This document shows positions 10,630 to 21,101 of a DNA stretch of 64,000 nucleotides, one piece after another; the stretch's first letter is position 1; the number at the start of each line of letters is the position of its first letter. The position numbers were made by a program, and so were the translations under genes. Origin of the DNA: an uncultured Chloroflexia bacterium (lineage in GTDB: Bacteria; Chloroflexota; Limnocylindria; QHBO01); assembly GCA_963825525.1 (NCBI GenBank), contig CAWGTN010000002.1, positions 288,001-352,000 of the forward strand, given 5' to 3'. The notes under the pieces were generated by a model that saw nothing but the letters and a program-made list of their open reading frames with translations, had not been told where the DNA came from and did not search any database.

Positions 10630-12155
10630 CTGGCGAAGTCGACGGCGCGCGTCTCACGGATGACGGTCACCTTGATCTGGCCGGGATAGTTGAGCTGCTC
10701 CTCGATCTTCTTGACGACATCACGTGCCAGCCGGCTCGACGCCGTGTCGTCGATGGCCTCCGGCCGCACGAGAATCCTGATCTCGCGTCCGGCCTGGATG
10801 GCGAAGCAACGTTCGACACCCGGGAAGCTGAGGGCGATCTGCTGAAGGTCCTCCAGCCGCTTGACGTAGTTGTCGAGGTTCTCACCCCGCGCACCGGGAC
10901 GCGATGCGCTGATGGCGTCCGCGATCTGCACGATGGTGGCCTCGGTCGTCTCCTGCTCCACTTCCTGGTGATGGGCCGCGATCGCGTTGCAGACCGTGGG
11001 CGTGACCCCATATCGGCCGGCAATATCGGCGCCGATCGCCGCGTGAGGGCCCTCCACTTCGTGGTCCACCGCCTTGCCGATGTCATGGAGCAGGCCGCCC
11101 TTCTTCGACTCGGCCACGTTCGCGCCGATCTCGGCCGCCAGCAGTCCCGACAGTCGCGCGGTCTCCACGCAGTGGTCGAGCACGTTCTGACCGTAGCTCG
11201 TTCGATACTTGAGCCTGCCGATGAGCTTGATCAGCTCGGGGTGCAGGCCGGGCACTCCGGCGTCGTAGGCGGCCTGCTCGCCGGCCTGTCGCATGACGAC
11301 CTCGATCTCGGAACGGCACTTGGCGACCGTCTCCTCGATTCGCCCCGGGTGGATGCGTCCGTCCGAGATGAGCTTCAGGAGCGTCATCCGCGCTACCTCG
11401 CGGCGCACTGGATCGAACCCCGAAAGGACGACCGCCTCGGGCGTGTCATCGATGATCAGGTCCACGCCCGTCGCCTGCTCCAGTGCTCGGATGTTCCGGC
11501 CCTCGCGGCCGATGATGCGTCCCTTCATCTCCTCGTTCGGAAGCGGCACCACCGTGATCGTTGCCTCCGAGGTGTGGTCCGCTGCGATGCGCTGCATCAC
11601 GGTCGTGAGCACTCGTCGAGCGCGGTCCTCCCCCTCGTCGACGGCGTGGCGCTCAATCTCGCGGACGAGATGCTGCGCCTCAGCCCGGGCGTCATCGACG
11701 ATCTGCCCGATGAGCCCGTCCCGCGCTTCGGCGGCGCTCAGGCCGGAGATGTGCTGAAGCTCGCTCAGCTGCTGTTCCTGGAGCTCACGGACTCGCTGGA
11801 GCTCAGCCTCGAGCTCACGTTGACGCTCAGAGAGTGCCTGTTCGCGCCCTTCGAAGGCCTCCATCTTGCGGTCGAGCGCCTCCTCCCGGTCCAGGAGTCG
11901 GCGCTCGGAACGCTGGATGGTCAGCCGCTGTTCGCGGGCTTCCTCTTCGGCGGCCCGACGCAGCTGGAGCGCCTCGTCCTTCCCCTCGAGAACGATCTCC
12001 TTCTGCTTGGCGCGAGCTTCGGCAACCAGCCGCTCGGCGTACCCATCGGCGTGCTTGATCGATCGCATGCTGAGCATGCGACGGGCGAGAAACCCGATGA
12101 TGATTCCGGCAATCGCTGCCGCCGCGGCAATGGCGGCGACAAGAGGATCGTTCAT
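10626..12155 (-). CDS. rny: Ribonuclease Y
   Basis: N-terminal TM, coiled coil, KH domain (KGRIIGREGRNIR) and HD domain (LLHDIGK). GGGGAG RBS before ATG 12155. Confidence 0.97.
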   Translation of the reverse strand: MNDPLVAAIAAAAAIAGIIIGFLARRMLSMRSIKHADGYAERLVAEARAKQKEIVLEGKDEALQLRRAAEEEAREQRLTIQRSERRLLDREEALDRKMEAFEGREQALSERQRELEAELQRVRELQEQQLSELQHISGLSAAEARDGLIGQIVDDARAEAQHLVREIERHAVDEGEDRARRVLTTVMQRIAADHTSEATITVVPLPNEEMKGRIIGREGRNIRALEQATGVDLIIDDTPEAVVLSGFDPVRREVARMTLLKLISDGRIHPGRIEETVAKCRSEIEVVMRQAGEQAAYDAGVPGLHPELIKLIGRLKYRTSYGQNVLDHCVETARLSGLLAAEIGANVAESKKGGLLHDIGKAVDHEVEGPHAAIGADIAGRYGVTPTVCNAIAAHHQEVEQETTEATIVQIADAISASRPGARGENLDNYVKRLEDLQQIALSFPGVERCFAIQAGREIRILVRPEAIDDTASSRLARDVVKKIEEQLNYPGQIKVTVIRETRAVDFAR

Positions 12156-12304
12156 GTTCGGCTCCCCGGTCGTTGGAGCCCGGATTGGGCGGGGATCGCG
12201 CCGGCCACCCGGCCAGCGAATGGGCAAGACGATGAGGTCTGAGGTCGCGGGACGGTCCCGTCGACGGAGTGTAGCGCAAGTCCGCCGGTGGACGGGGTGA
12301 GGGC

Positions 12305-13258
12305 TCAGTCGGCGAAGATCCGGCCCATCAATCGAACATGGTCGAGGTCACGCGGCAGGAAGTCCTGGAGCATCACCCGCTGCGTGCCGTTTCGTTCGAG
12401 GGCCGCGACACGTTCGGCGGCCTCATCGGGTGTGCCCATGATCCACCGGCCGCGACGTTCCGCCAGCCAGGCCTCCCCGTCCTCCGGCCCCTTGCCCAGT
12501 GCGGCCATCAGATCACTCACGCGCGCATCCAGGTCTGCCGGTGTCTCGGCCACGAGGACGCCGGTCATCGCGGAGTAGACCAGATCATCTGGGTCGCGGC
12601 CGATATCGAGGCATGCGGCCCGCACGCGGGCATAGGCCTCCGGCGCATCGTCGGGCGACGCCGACAGCAGGTTAAACTCGTCCGCGTAGCGGGCCGCTAG
12701 TCCAGCCATCCGCGGCAGTCCCTTCCCGCCCAGGATGAGGTGCGGGTGCCGGCGGCCGCCGCGCGCCACCGGCCCATGCCGCATGGCTCCACTGACCTGC
12801 CAATGCGTGCCCGCGAATGCCCATCCGTCGGGCTCCGTCCAGAGGCCGTGAAGGATGGCGAGCTGCTCGGTGAGCATGTCGAAGCGCTCACCGATCGGCG
12901 GGAACGGGATGCCAAGCTGGGCGTGCTCGAGGTCATTCCAGCCGGCCCCAAGGCCTGCCTCGACACGGCCACCGCTCATTTCATCAACCGTCTGAATCAC
13001 TTTCGCGAAGCTGCCCGGGATCCGGAACGTGACCGGCGACACGAGGACGCCGAGCCGGATCCTCGTGGTCTCCCTGGCCAGGCCCCCCAGCGTGGCCCAT
13101 GCGTCGGTCGTGGGCAGACCCGCATCGCCGGGGAAGCTTGCGTAGTGGTCGGAACGGAAGAACGCCTCGAATCCGGCGTCCTCGGCCGTCCTGACAATGG
13201 CCAACAGCTCATCGTAGGTGAGCCCCTGCTGGGGCTCGGTCATGAGGGCGTATCGCAT
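12305..13258 (-). CDS. LLM-class probable F420-dependent oxidoreductase
   Basis: EPQQG, FFRSDH, TDAWATLGGLARET and VDEMSGGRVEAGLGAGW. Confidence 0.88.
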   Translation of the reverse strand: MRYALMTEPQQGLTYDELLAIVRTAEDAGFEAFFRSDHYASFPGDAGLPTTDAWATLGGLARETTRIRLGVLVSPVTFRIPGSFAKVIQTVDEMSGGRVEAGLGAGWNDLEHAQLGIPFPPIGERFDMLTEQLAILHGLWTEPDGWAFAGTHWQVSGAMRHGPVARGGRRHPHLILGGKGLPRMAGLAARYADEFNLLSASPDDAPEAYARVRAACLDIGRDPDDLVYSAMTGVLVAETPADLDARVSDLMAALGKGPEDGEAWLAERRGRWIMGTPDEAAERVAALERNGTQRVMLQDFLPRDLDHVRLMGRIFAD

Positions 13259-13262
13259 GTCC

Positions 13263-13826
13263 TCAGGGTAGACCCTCAAGGTCCGGCTCACTCTGTGCGC
13301 GTCGGAGCGTGGTCCGAACCGTCTCCGCATCGAAGCCACGCCGCATGAGGAACATGCCGATGCGCTGCACGGCTCGCGCATCGGCCGGCATCGGGCGGCC
13401 CCGAAGATGTCGCTCGAGAGCGTCGCGTGCGCGCTCGGCCTCGGTCCCGGGAAGCCCGGCGTCCTCGACCGCGCGCTCGGGCTCGACATGCTCGTCCCGA
13501 TATGCATCGATGACGTCTCTCGGCACCCCCTGGCGACGCAGCTCCGCCTCGATCATCCGACGCCCACGAGGCGCGTGCCGGTCGCGCTGCTCTCCCCACC
13601 AGCGGGCGAACGCGGCGTCATCCGCGTAGCCCAGCTCCGCGAGGCGATCGAGGGTGGCAGCGATCGTGGGCTCGTCCACGCCACCTCGTTGGAGGCGCCG
13701 CTGGATCTCCCAGCGGGTACGGGGGCGTGCGCCCAGGAATCGGACGGCGATCTCCATGGCCGCGCCCGCGTCGGGCGGGTCCGTCTCTGTTCCAACTCGC
13801 CGCCTGCGGGTCGCGCCGGTGGCCAC
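13263..13826 (-). CDS. recX: Regulatory protein RecX
   Basis: RFLGARPRTRWEI, LGYADDAAFA and LMRRGF; directly downstream of recA. Start is GTG 13826 or ATG 13757. Confidence 0.88.
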   Translation of the reverse strand: MATGATRRRRVGTETDPPDAGAAMEIAVRFLGARPRTRWEIQRRLQRGGVDEPTIAATLDRLAELGYADDAAFARWWGEQRDRHAPRGRRMIEAELRRQGVPRDVIDAYRDEHVEPERAVEDAGLPGTEAERARDALERHLRGRPMPADARAVQRIGMFLMRRGFDAETVRTTLRRAQSEPDLEGLP

Positions 13827-13830
13827 GGAG

Positions 13831-14892
13831 CTACTCGGCCTCGCTGATCCCGTCGACCCCGACCTCGATGCTCGCGACCTTGCCGCGGATCTCGTCGTCG
13901 ATCTTCTCGGCGATCTCGGGGTTCGTCTTGAGGAACTCGCGCGAGTTCTCGCGCCCCTGGCCGAGGCGGACGTCGCCGTAGTTGAACCAGGCTCCGGTCT
14001 TCGACAGGATGCCGGCCGCGATGCCCACGTCGAGCAGCCCGCCCTCGACGCTGATGCCCTCGTTGTACATGATGTCGAACTCGGCAACGCGGAAGGGGCT
14101 CGCCACCTTGTTCTTCACGACCTTCACCCGCGTGCGAGAGCCGATGGCATCGGTCCCCTGCTTCAGGGTCTCGATGCGTCGGATATCCATGCGCACGCTG
14201 GCATAGAACTTCAGGGCGCGGCCGCCCGGCGTGGTCTCCGGGTTGCCGAACATGACGCCGATCTTCTCGCGAAGCTGGTTCGTGAAGACGAGCGCCGTGT
14301 TGCTGCGGTTGATGGCGCCGGTCAGCTTGCGGAGTGCCTGGCTCATGAGCCGTGCCTGGAGGCCGACATGTGCGTCGCCCATGTCACCCTCGATCTCGGC
14401 GCGCGGGACGAGCGCGGCAACCGAGTCGACGATGACGACGTCGACGCCGTTCGACCGAATCAGGGTCTCCGCGATCTCGAGCGCCTGCTCGCCGGTGTCC
14501 GGCTGGCTGACGAGGAGCTCGTCCACGTCCACGCCGACGTTCCGTGCGTACCCGGGATCCAGCGCGTGCTCGGCATCGATGAAGGCGACGATGCCGCCCA
14601 TGCGCTGCGCATTGCCGGCGACGTGATAGCACAGCGTCGTCTTGCCGCTCGACTCGGGACCGTAGATCTCGGTGATCCGGCCGCGAGGCACGCCGCCGAC
14701 TCCCAGTGCGAGGTCGAGGGCCACCGACCCGGTCGGGATGGCCTCGACGTTCTGGGCCGCGCGGTCGCCGAGGCGCATGATCGCTCCCCGACCGAACTGC
14801 TTCTCGATCTGGAGGATCGCCGCGTCCACGGCACGGCCGCGTTCTCCGTTTCGCTCAACCGGGACCTGGGCTGTTGCCACCGGTGCATCCAT
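13831..14892 (-). CDS. recA: Recombinase RecA
   Basis: [23 protein letters not shown] and GGRALKFY; AGGAG RBS. Confidence 0.98.
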   Translation of the reverse strand: MDAPVATAQVPVERNGERGRAVDAAILQIEKQFGRGAIMRLGDRAAQNVEAIPTGSVALDLALGVGGVPRGRITEIYGPESSGKTTLCYHVAGNAQRMGGIVAFIDAEHALDPGYARNVGVDVDELLVSQPDTGEQALEIAETLIRSNGVDVVIVDSVAALVPRAEIEGDMGDAHVGLQARLMSQALRKLTGAINRSNTALVFTNQLREKIGVMFGNPETTPGGRALKFYASVRMDIRRIETLKQGTDAIGSRTRVKVVKNKVASPFRVAEFDIMYNEGISVEGGLLDVGIAAGILSKTGAWFNYGDVRLGQGRENSREFLKTNPEIAEKIDDEIRGKVASIEVGVDGISEAE

Positions 14893-14942
14893 GTGTCGTT
14901 CCGCTCCTGAATCAGTCGATTTGGGTCCCGGCGGCGCTGGGT

Positions 14943-15098
14943 TCACTCCTCGTCGCGGGGTGTGCGCTCCTTGCGCTTGGGCTTGATCACCTCGACCGAT
15001 GCCGGCGGCTCGTACGAGGAAGTCGGCGGAAGCTTCGGCGCCTTCTCCTTGGCCTTGCGCTTCTGCTCCTTGCGCGGTCGATCTCGACCCTTAGCCAT
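14943..15098 (-). CDS. Small basic hypothetical protein (51 aa) upstream of recA
   Basis: GGAGG RBS, then [25 protein letters not shown]...[17 protein letters not shown]. Confidence 0.7.
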   Translation of the reverse strand: MAKGRDRPRKEQKRKAKEKAPKLPPTSSYEPPASVEVIKPKRKERTPRDEE

Positions 15099-15263
15099 CG
15101 CTCGAACCTCCTGTATCGGGCCGAGCGACATGCACAGCGTGCCTCGTCGACCCTTATCAACCCGTTACCCGACGCTTACCCGCGTCGGCACTGGTCCGCG
15201 TGAGTGAATTCTACGCCTCGCGTCGTGACAGCTCGTGCGACGCAATGCCATTCTACACCGCCG

Positions 15264-16412
15264 TCATACATCGTCATACGAACCGGCGCGTGGACGGTCG
15301 AACGCCCCGGAGATCCGCTTCTTCAGGTCCGCGAAGGTGCCGTCGGACAGGGACGCGCGGAGCTGGCGAAGCAGATCCAGCGTCCACGTGACGTTGTGGA
15401 TGGTCGCAAGCCGATATCCCAGCAGCTCGTGGGCCCGGAACAGGTGCGCCAGGTAGGCGCGTGAGTGGTTCCGACACGCTTCGCACCCGCAGGCCGCGTC
15501 GATCGGCCCGTCATCGTCCTGGTGGCGCGCGTTGCGCAGGTTCAACCTCCCGTCACCTGTCCACACCTGGCCCGTGCGCGCCACCCGCGTCGGCAGGACG
15601 CAGTCGAACAGGTCGATGCCACGCTCAACGGCCACAAAGAAGTCAGGCGGAGCGCCGACGCCCATGAGGTACCGAGGGCGCGCGTCGGTTCCGAGCGCGT
15701 CGGCGACGACTTCAAGGGCCGATGCCATGGCTGCCTTCGACTCCCCCACCGAGAGGCCGCCGACGGCGATGCCGTCGAACGGCAACGCGGCGATGGCCGA
15801 GGCGGAGGTTCGGCGCAGCTCCCCGTCGACGCCACCCTGCACGATCCCGAACACGGCCTGGTCCGGCCGGCCACGGGCATCGAGTGAGCGCTCCGCCCAT
15901 CGATGCGTACGCTCCATCGCCTCGGCCACCTTCGCTCGTGGCAGCGTGGGATCCACCAATTGATCGAACGCCATCGCGATGTCCGACCCGAGCAGGGCCT
16001 GGATCTCCATCGAACGCTCCGGCGTCAGGCGGTGCGTGGCTCCGTCGAGGTGCGAGGTGAACGTGACCCCGTCATCATCGACGCGTCGCAGGTCGGCCAG
16101 GCTGAAGACCTGGAACCCGCCGGAGTCGGTCAGGATCGGCCCATCCCAGGCCATGAACCGATGGAGGCCGCCCAATCGAGCGATTCGCTCCGCGGTCGGG
16201 CGCAGGTTGAGGTGATACGTGTTTCCGAGGATCATCTGCGCACCGGCGGCGTGCAGGTCGCCGGGCGTCAGGGCCTTCACAGTCGCCTGGGTGCCCACGG
16301 GCATGAAGTCGGGCGTCAGGATCGGGCCATGCGGCGTGTCGATGCGACCCAGCCGGGCATGCCCGATGCTGGTGGGTGCAAAGGAATGAGCGAAGGAAGC
16401 AGGCGTTGACAC
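15264..16412 (-). CDS. tgt: tRNA-guanine transglycosylase
   Basis: FMPVGT, TDSGGFQVFSL, GIVQGG, GGLSVGE, DCVLPTR and zinc site CGCEAC. Confidence 0.96.
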   Translation of the reverse strand: MSTPASFAHSFAPTSIGHARLGRIDTPHGPILTPDFMPVGTQATVKALTPGDLHAAGAQMILGNTYHLNLRPTAERIARLGGLHRFMAWDGPILTDSGGFQVFSLADLRRVDDDGVTFTSHLDGATHRLTPERSMEIQALLGSDIAMAFDQLVDPTLPRAKVAEAMERTHRWAERSLDARGRPDQAVFGIVQGGVDGELRRTSASAIAALPFDGIAVGGLSVGESKAAMASALEVVADALGTDARPRYLMGVGAPPDFFVAVERGIDLFDCVLPTRVARTGQVWTGDGRLNLRNARHQDDDGPIDAACGCEACRNHSRAYLAHLFRAHELLGYRLATIHNVTWTLDLLRQLRASLSDGTFADLKKRISGAFDRPRAGSYDDV

Positions 16413-16458
16413 CGCCGGAGAGGATAGGCTACGTGGAGCACGGAGAGGTGACCGTCGG

Positions 16459-17145
16459 GTGCGATTGACCGAATGGCCGCGAATGCCGTTCCTGAACGAC
16501 GAAGTGAAGGAATGGATCGCGATCGAGCTGCAGACCCTCGGGGTCGAGGATCTGGCCGTCTACGCCCTCGAAGCGGGGACGGAAGGTGACGAGCGACGGG
16601 TGATGGTGGCGACCGAGGTCGGCCTCCTGGACCACCGCTACGCTCCGTTCGGATCGTCCGCGCGGTACCGCCTGGCGATGCTCATGTACCCGTGGCAGGT
16701 CCTCCGCGGCGTGGAGCTTCGTGCGGATACGTTCCGACTCTGGGCACGCGAGCACCGCACCCGCTGGTCGTTCCGGCTCCACCACCCCCACTTCGAAGCG
16801 GCCACCGAATCCCCCGACCTTGGACAGGCGCTGTGCGACCTCGCCCGCGTATGCGCGGTGATGGCCGAGCCGTTCGGCGTCCCGGCAGGAAGGGTCGCAA
16901 GCGACGTTCCGGGGGTCATTCCCGGGGGCCCGCGGCCGCTTCCGCCGTCGCCGGGCGAAGAGACCGATGATGACGACGAGCCCGAACCGGCCATCGCGCA
17001 CGACGATGCGCCCATGGACGCCAGCCAGAACGGTTCGTCGGCCGACCCTCAGCCATCCGAAGAGGGCGAGGAGGGCGAGGACGTGGTCGAGCTCGATGCC
17101 GAGGCGCGCGAGGCCGTTCCGACGCGTTCCGACGACCAGGGTTAG
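16459..17145 (+). CDS. Hypothetical protein (globular N-domain plus acidic disordered tail)
   Basis: 228-aa ORF with GC-rich third codon positions, lying between tgt and queA on the opposite strand. Confidence 0.7.
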   Translation: MRLTEWPRMPFLNDEVKEWIAIELQTLGVEDLAVYALEAGTEGDERRVMVATEVGLLDHRYAPFGSSARYRLAMLMYPWQVLRGVELRADTFRLWAREHRTRWSFRLHHPHFEAATESPDLGQALCDLARVCAVMAEPFGVPAGRVASDVPGVIPGGPRPLPPSPGEETDDDDEPEPAIAHDDAPMDASQNGSSADPQPSEEGEEGEDVVELDAEAREAVPTRSDDQG

Positions 17146-18197
17146 ACGATCAGCATCGCGTCGCCGAAGCTGAAGAATCGGTAGCCCGCCGCCAGCGCGT
17201 CCCGGTACGCACCCAGCAGCACGTCCCGCGCCTCGTGTGGCGGGGCATCGGCCATTCCGTCCTGCACGAAGGCGGTCACCAGCAGCAGCAGCGAGCTCCG
17301 CGGCAGGTGGAAGTTGGTGATCATCGCATCCACGGACCGGAACCGATGCGGGGGCGTGACATACAGGTCGGTCCAACCCGAACCGGATTCCGAGGCGGCC
17401 GCCGTCTCGAGGACGCGCACGGTGGTCGTCCCCACGGCCACGATTCGTCCTCCCGCCGCCCTCGCCGACGATATGGCGTCGCGGGTGGCGTCGGGCACCT
17501 CGAACCACTCCCGGTGGATATGGTGCTCATCGACGTACTCGCCCTCGAGCGGGCGGAACGTGTCCAGCCCGACGTGGAGTGTGACGGCCGCCCGGCGAAC
17601 ACCCATTGATTGCAATCGCTCGAGCAGCTCCGAGGTGAAGTGCAGTCCGGCCGTCGGTGCCGCGGCCGATCCCGGCGGCCTTGCGTACACGGTCTGGTAG
17701 CGATCGGCGGAGGCCGTCCGGTCGCGGATGTACGGGGGCAGCGGCATGTCGCCCGCCTCGCTCATGATCGCGTGCGGATCTCCGTCGAACAGGACCGACC
17801 GGGTGCCCGAGCCCAGCCGCTCCCCGACCGCCACCTGGGCGCCGGTGCGCAGGATGACGGCCTCACCGACGGCGATGCGGCGCGAAGGCCGCACGAGCGC
17901 TTCCCAGGCCCCGGATGCAACGTCGAGCGGTCGCAGGACGAGGATCTCGGCCGATCCCCCGCTGGCGCGCGTTCCGGTGAGTCGCGCCGGGATGACGCGG
18001 GAATCATTGACGACGAGGAGGTCGTCGGGGCGGAGCCACGAGCCGATGTCGTGGAACCGCGCGTGCTCGACGTCGCCGGTCGAGCGCTCCAGCACGAGCA
18101 TGCGCGATGCGTCTCGGGGCTCGGCCGGCACCTGCGCAATGGCGTCGGTGGGGAGCTCGTAATCGAAATCGTCGACTCTGAGCCGGGGATCGTTCAC
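17142..18197 (-). CDS. queA: S-adenosylmethionine:tRNA ribosyltransferase-isomerase
   Basis: FDYELP, PLPPYI, YQTVYA, AAPTAGLHF, TNFHLPRSSL and YRFFSFGDAM. Confidence 0.97.
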   Translation of the reverse strand: MNDPRLRVDDFDYELPTDAIAQVPAEPRDASRMLVLERSTGDVEHARFHDIGSWLRPDDLLVVNDSRVIPARLTGTRASGGSAEILVLRPLDVASGAWEALVRPSRRIAVGEAVILRTGAQVAVGERLGSGTRSVLFDGDPHAIMSEAGDMPLPPYIRDRTASADRYQTVYARPPGSAAAPTAGLHFTSELLERLQSMGVRRAAVTLHVGLDTFRPLEGEYVDEHHIHREWFEVPDATRDAISSARAAGGRIVAVGTTTVRVLETAAASESGSGWTDLYVTPPHRFRSVDAMITNFHLPRSSLLLLVTAFVQDGMADAPPHEARDVLLGAYRDALAAGYRFFSFGDAMLIV

Positions 18198-18251
18198 CCG
18201 GAAAGCGTAGCGCCCGGCCGGATGGTCCGACCGGGCGCCATCGATGCGTGA

Positions 18252-19643
18252 CTAGATGAACGTTGCGTTGATCCAGTCCTGCGCGAAGTACACAACAAAC
18301 GCAAGCGCCACCACCCACATCAGAGGGTGGATCTCACCAAACTTGCCTCGGACTGCCTTGATCAGGACCCACGTCACGAAGGCGGCGCCGATGCCGACCG
18401 TGATGCTGAAGGTCAGTGGCATGAGGATGATGCCCAGCAGAGCCGGGAACCCTTCCTCGACATCCACGAAGTCGATGTCCTTGATGAGGGTCGCCATGAG
18501 ATAGCCGACCACGATGAGCACCGGAGCGGTCGCCGCGAACGGGACCATGGGCGCCAACGGAGTGATCAGCACGGCAACGAGGAAGAGGACGCCGGTGACC
18601 ACGGCGGTCAGGCCGGTCCTTCCGCCTTCCGCAACACCGGCCGCACTCTCGATGTAGCTCGTGTTGGAGCTGATGCCCGCCGCCCCACCGGCGGCGGCGC
18701 CGATCGAGTCAATCAGCAGCACTCGACCGATTCCCGGCACCTTGCCGTCAGGTGTCGTGAGCCCGGCCTGCTCGGTGATGGCCGTCGCCGTGCCCATCGT
18801 GTCGAAGAAGTCCGTGAGCATGATCGTGAAGATCGTGAGGATCGCGGCGAGCGCGCCGAGGGACCACACGTTTCCGAGATCGAACTGGCCAAGCGTCGAG
18901 AAGTCCGGCACGAAGCTGGCATCCGCCGGGAACGCCGTCAGGCCCACGATGAACGCGATCACCGACATGATGACGATGCTCAGCAGCAGCGCGGCCCGCA
19001 CCTTCATCACGAACAGGACGATCGTGACAAGCAGACCGAGCAACGTGAGCCAGGCCTGGGTGCTGTTCGGGAACACGAATTGGACGGGTGTTCCGGCCCC
19101 GGCAATGATCAGGCCTCCATCGGCGAAGCCGATGAACAGGATGAAGAGACCGATTCCGACCCCGATCGCGCGCTTCAGCGCGAGCGGCACCGCGTTCATG
19201 ATGGCCTCGCGCAGACCGACGACGACCAAGACGAGGACGAGAAGTCCTTCGATCACGATGACGCCCATCGCACCGGCCGGCGAGAGGCCAAGCCCGAGCA
19301 CGAGGGTGAATGCCACGATCGCGTTGATGCCCAAGCCCGCCGCGAGGGCAATCGGGTAGTTCGAGTAGAGCCCCATGCCGATGGTGAGGATGCCAGCCAG
19401 GAGGGCCGTCGCCGCACTGGCGGCGGGGACGAACGCCGCGCGTTCCGGCGATCCCTCGGCGAACATGTTGGACAGGATGATCGGGTTGAGGAAGATGATG
19501 TAGGCCATCACCATGAAGGTGGTGATCCCAGCCTTCACCTCGGTCCCGACAGTGGTCCCCCGCTCGGTGAGCTTGAAGAACGAGTCCAGTCCGCCGCCAC
19601 TCGGCGCGGGCCGTTCGTTCGCTGGTACCTCGGTCGCCGTCAC
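18252..19643 (-). CDS. NCS2/AzgA-PbuG family purine permease
   Basis: AGITTFMVMAYIIFLNP, DFFDTMGT and YIESAAGVAEGGRTGLT; many TM segments. Confidence 0.93.
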   Translation of the reverse strand: MTATEVPANERPAPSGGGLDSFFKLTERGTTVGTEVKAGITTFMVMAYIIFLNPIILSNMFAEGSPERAAFVPAASAATALLAGILTIGMGLYSNYPIALAAGLGINAIVAFTLVLGLGLSPAGAMGVIVIEGLLVLVLVVVGLREAIMNAVPLALKRAIGVGIGLFILFIGFADGGLIIAGAGTPVQFVFPNSTQAWLTLLGLLVTIVLFVMKVRAALLLSIVIMSVIAFIVGLTAFPADASFVPDFSTLGQFDLGNVWSLGALAAILTIFTIMLTDFFDTMGTATAITEQAGLTTPDGKVPGIGRVLLIDSIGAAAGGAAGISSNTSYIESAAGVAEGGRTGLTAVVTGVLFLVAVLITPLAPMVPFAATAPVLIVVGYLMATLIKDIDFVDVEEGFPALLGIILMPLTFSITVGIGAAFVTWVLIKAVRGKFGEIHPLMWVVALAFVVYFAQDWINATFI

Positions 19644-19781
19644 TCGGGTTTACCCTCCGCTCCTTGGGGCTCCCTGATACCCGACACCATGTTGGGCACC
19701 GGTGCCGGTGGCAGCCTACTCTCGCGTGGTCCGTGAGCGCGGCCCATTTTTGCGCGTCCCAGTAGCGTCGCGGTTCGCGGT

Positions 19782-19982
19782 GGTCGAACTGAGCGTGGAC
19801 AAACCGATTCCCGCTAATGCGAACCAGGCGCGCGGTTGTCCAAACCGGAAAGCGCGAGTGGTCATATGTGCGCTCCATGTGCATTAGCCGGCCCTGGCGG
19901 GGTCGGTGGGGTCGAACGAAGCGTGGGAGGAACACTAGGACCGGCCGATTCCCCGCTAATGCAAACCAGGCGAGCAGTTGTC
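19782..19982. repeat. Imperfect intergenic duplication with an internal inverted copy
   Basis: 19804-19840 and 19945-19982 differ by 3 substitutions and 1 indel. Upstream blocks 19782-19798 and 19910-19926 also match. GCATTAGC at 19881-19888 is the inverse of the GCTAATGC core. Confidence 0.8.
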
Positions 19983-20020
19983 AGGACGCGGGCAACGTCG
20001 CGCCGGAGGAGTCCGCGGAG

Positions 20021-21061
20021 TCAGCCGTCGAACAGCCCGGGCTGAGCCGATGCGCCGCGCGGAGGCGTGAGGTCCAGGTGCTCCCACCCGGACGGCGTCA
20101 GCTGCCGGCCGCGAGGGGTCCGTGCCAGCATCCCGATCTGCATGAGGTACGGCTCGACGACATCCTCGATTGTCTCGATCGGCTCGCTGACGGTGGCGGC
20201 CATGGTGGCCAGTCCGACCGGCCCGCCGGCGTGGTGCTCCGCCATGGCCCGCATGAGCTGCCGGTCCATGGCGTCGAGGCCACGATCGTCGATCTCGAGC
20301 AGGCCCAGCGCATCCCCGGCCAGCTCGACGGTCACGCTGCCGTCTCCCCCGCCCCGGACCTGGGCATAGTCACGGACGCGCTTGAGCAGCCGATTCGCTA
20401 TACGCGGCGTCCCCCGCGAGCGACGCGCCACCAGGGCCGCGGCATCATCGGTGAGCGACACACCGAGAATCTCGGCGGATCGGCGCAGGATGCGCTCGAG
20501 CTCGGTCTCGGTGTAGTAGTCGAGCCGATACGTCACGCCGAACCGATCACGCAGCGGCCCGGTGATGCTCCCCACCCGGGTGGTCGCGCCGATGACCGTC
20601 AGATGCTCGATCTGCAGTCGCACCGAGCGGGCGCCCGGGCCCTTGCCGAGCACGACATCAAGCGCGAAGTCCTCCATCGCCGGGTAGAGGATCTCCTCGA
20701 CGGCATGGCTCAGCCGGTGAATCTCGTCAATGAACAGCACGTCGCCCTTGCCCAGGCTGGTGAGCACCGCGGCCAGGTCGCCGGCACGTTCGATGGCGGG
20801 ACCGGAGGTCGTGCGGATCTGGGCACCCATCTCGGCAGCCACGATGTTCGCTAGGGTTGTCTTGCCGAGACCCGGCGGCCCGTAGAGCAGGACGTGGTCG
20901 ACCGGCTCCGACCGATGCTGGGCAGCGTCGATGAGAATCGCCAGGTTCTCCTTGACGCGCTCCTGCCCGGCGAACTCGTCGAGCCGTCGCGGGCGCACCG
21001 TGGTCTCGAGCGCAAGCTCGTCTTCGCCGATCTCGCTCGTCGTGATCCGTTCGATGGTCAT
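20021..21061 (-). CDS. ruvB: Holliday junction branch migration helicase RuvB
   Basis: [33 protein letters not shown] and RTPRGR. Confidence 0.98.
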   Translation of the reverse strand: MTIERITTSEIGEDELALETTVRPRRLDEFAGQERVKENLAILIDAAQHRSEPVDHVLLYGPPGLGKTTLANIVAAEMGAQIRTTSGPAIERAGDLAAVLTSLGKGDVLFIDEIHRLSHAVEEILYPAMEDFALDVVLGKGPGARSVRLQIEHLTVIGATTRVGSITGPLRDRFGVTYRLDYYTETELERILRRSAEILGVSLTDDAAALVARRSRGTPRIANRLLKRVRDYAQVRGGGDGSVTVELAGDALGLLEIDDRGLDAMDRQLMRAMAEHHAGGPVGLATMAATVSEPIETIEDVVEPYLMQIGMLARTPRGRQLTPSGWEHLDLTPPRGASAQPGLFDG

Positions 21062-21101
21062 CAGTGCGCGTTCGAATCGAACATGTGACCGATTCTATCG
21101 C

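Noticed and set aside
19782-19982. Possible CRISPR array
   Set aside because: Only two imperfect copies are present, the spacing is too long, and no cas genes are nearby.
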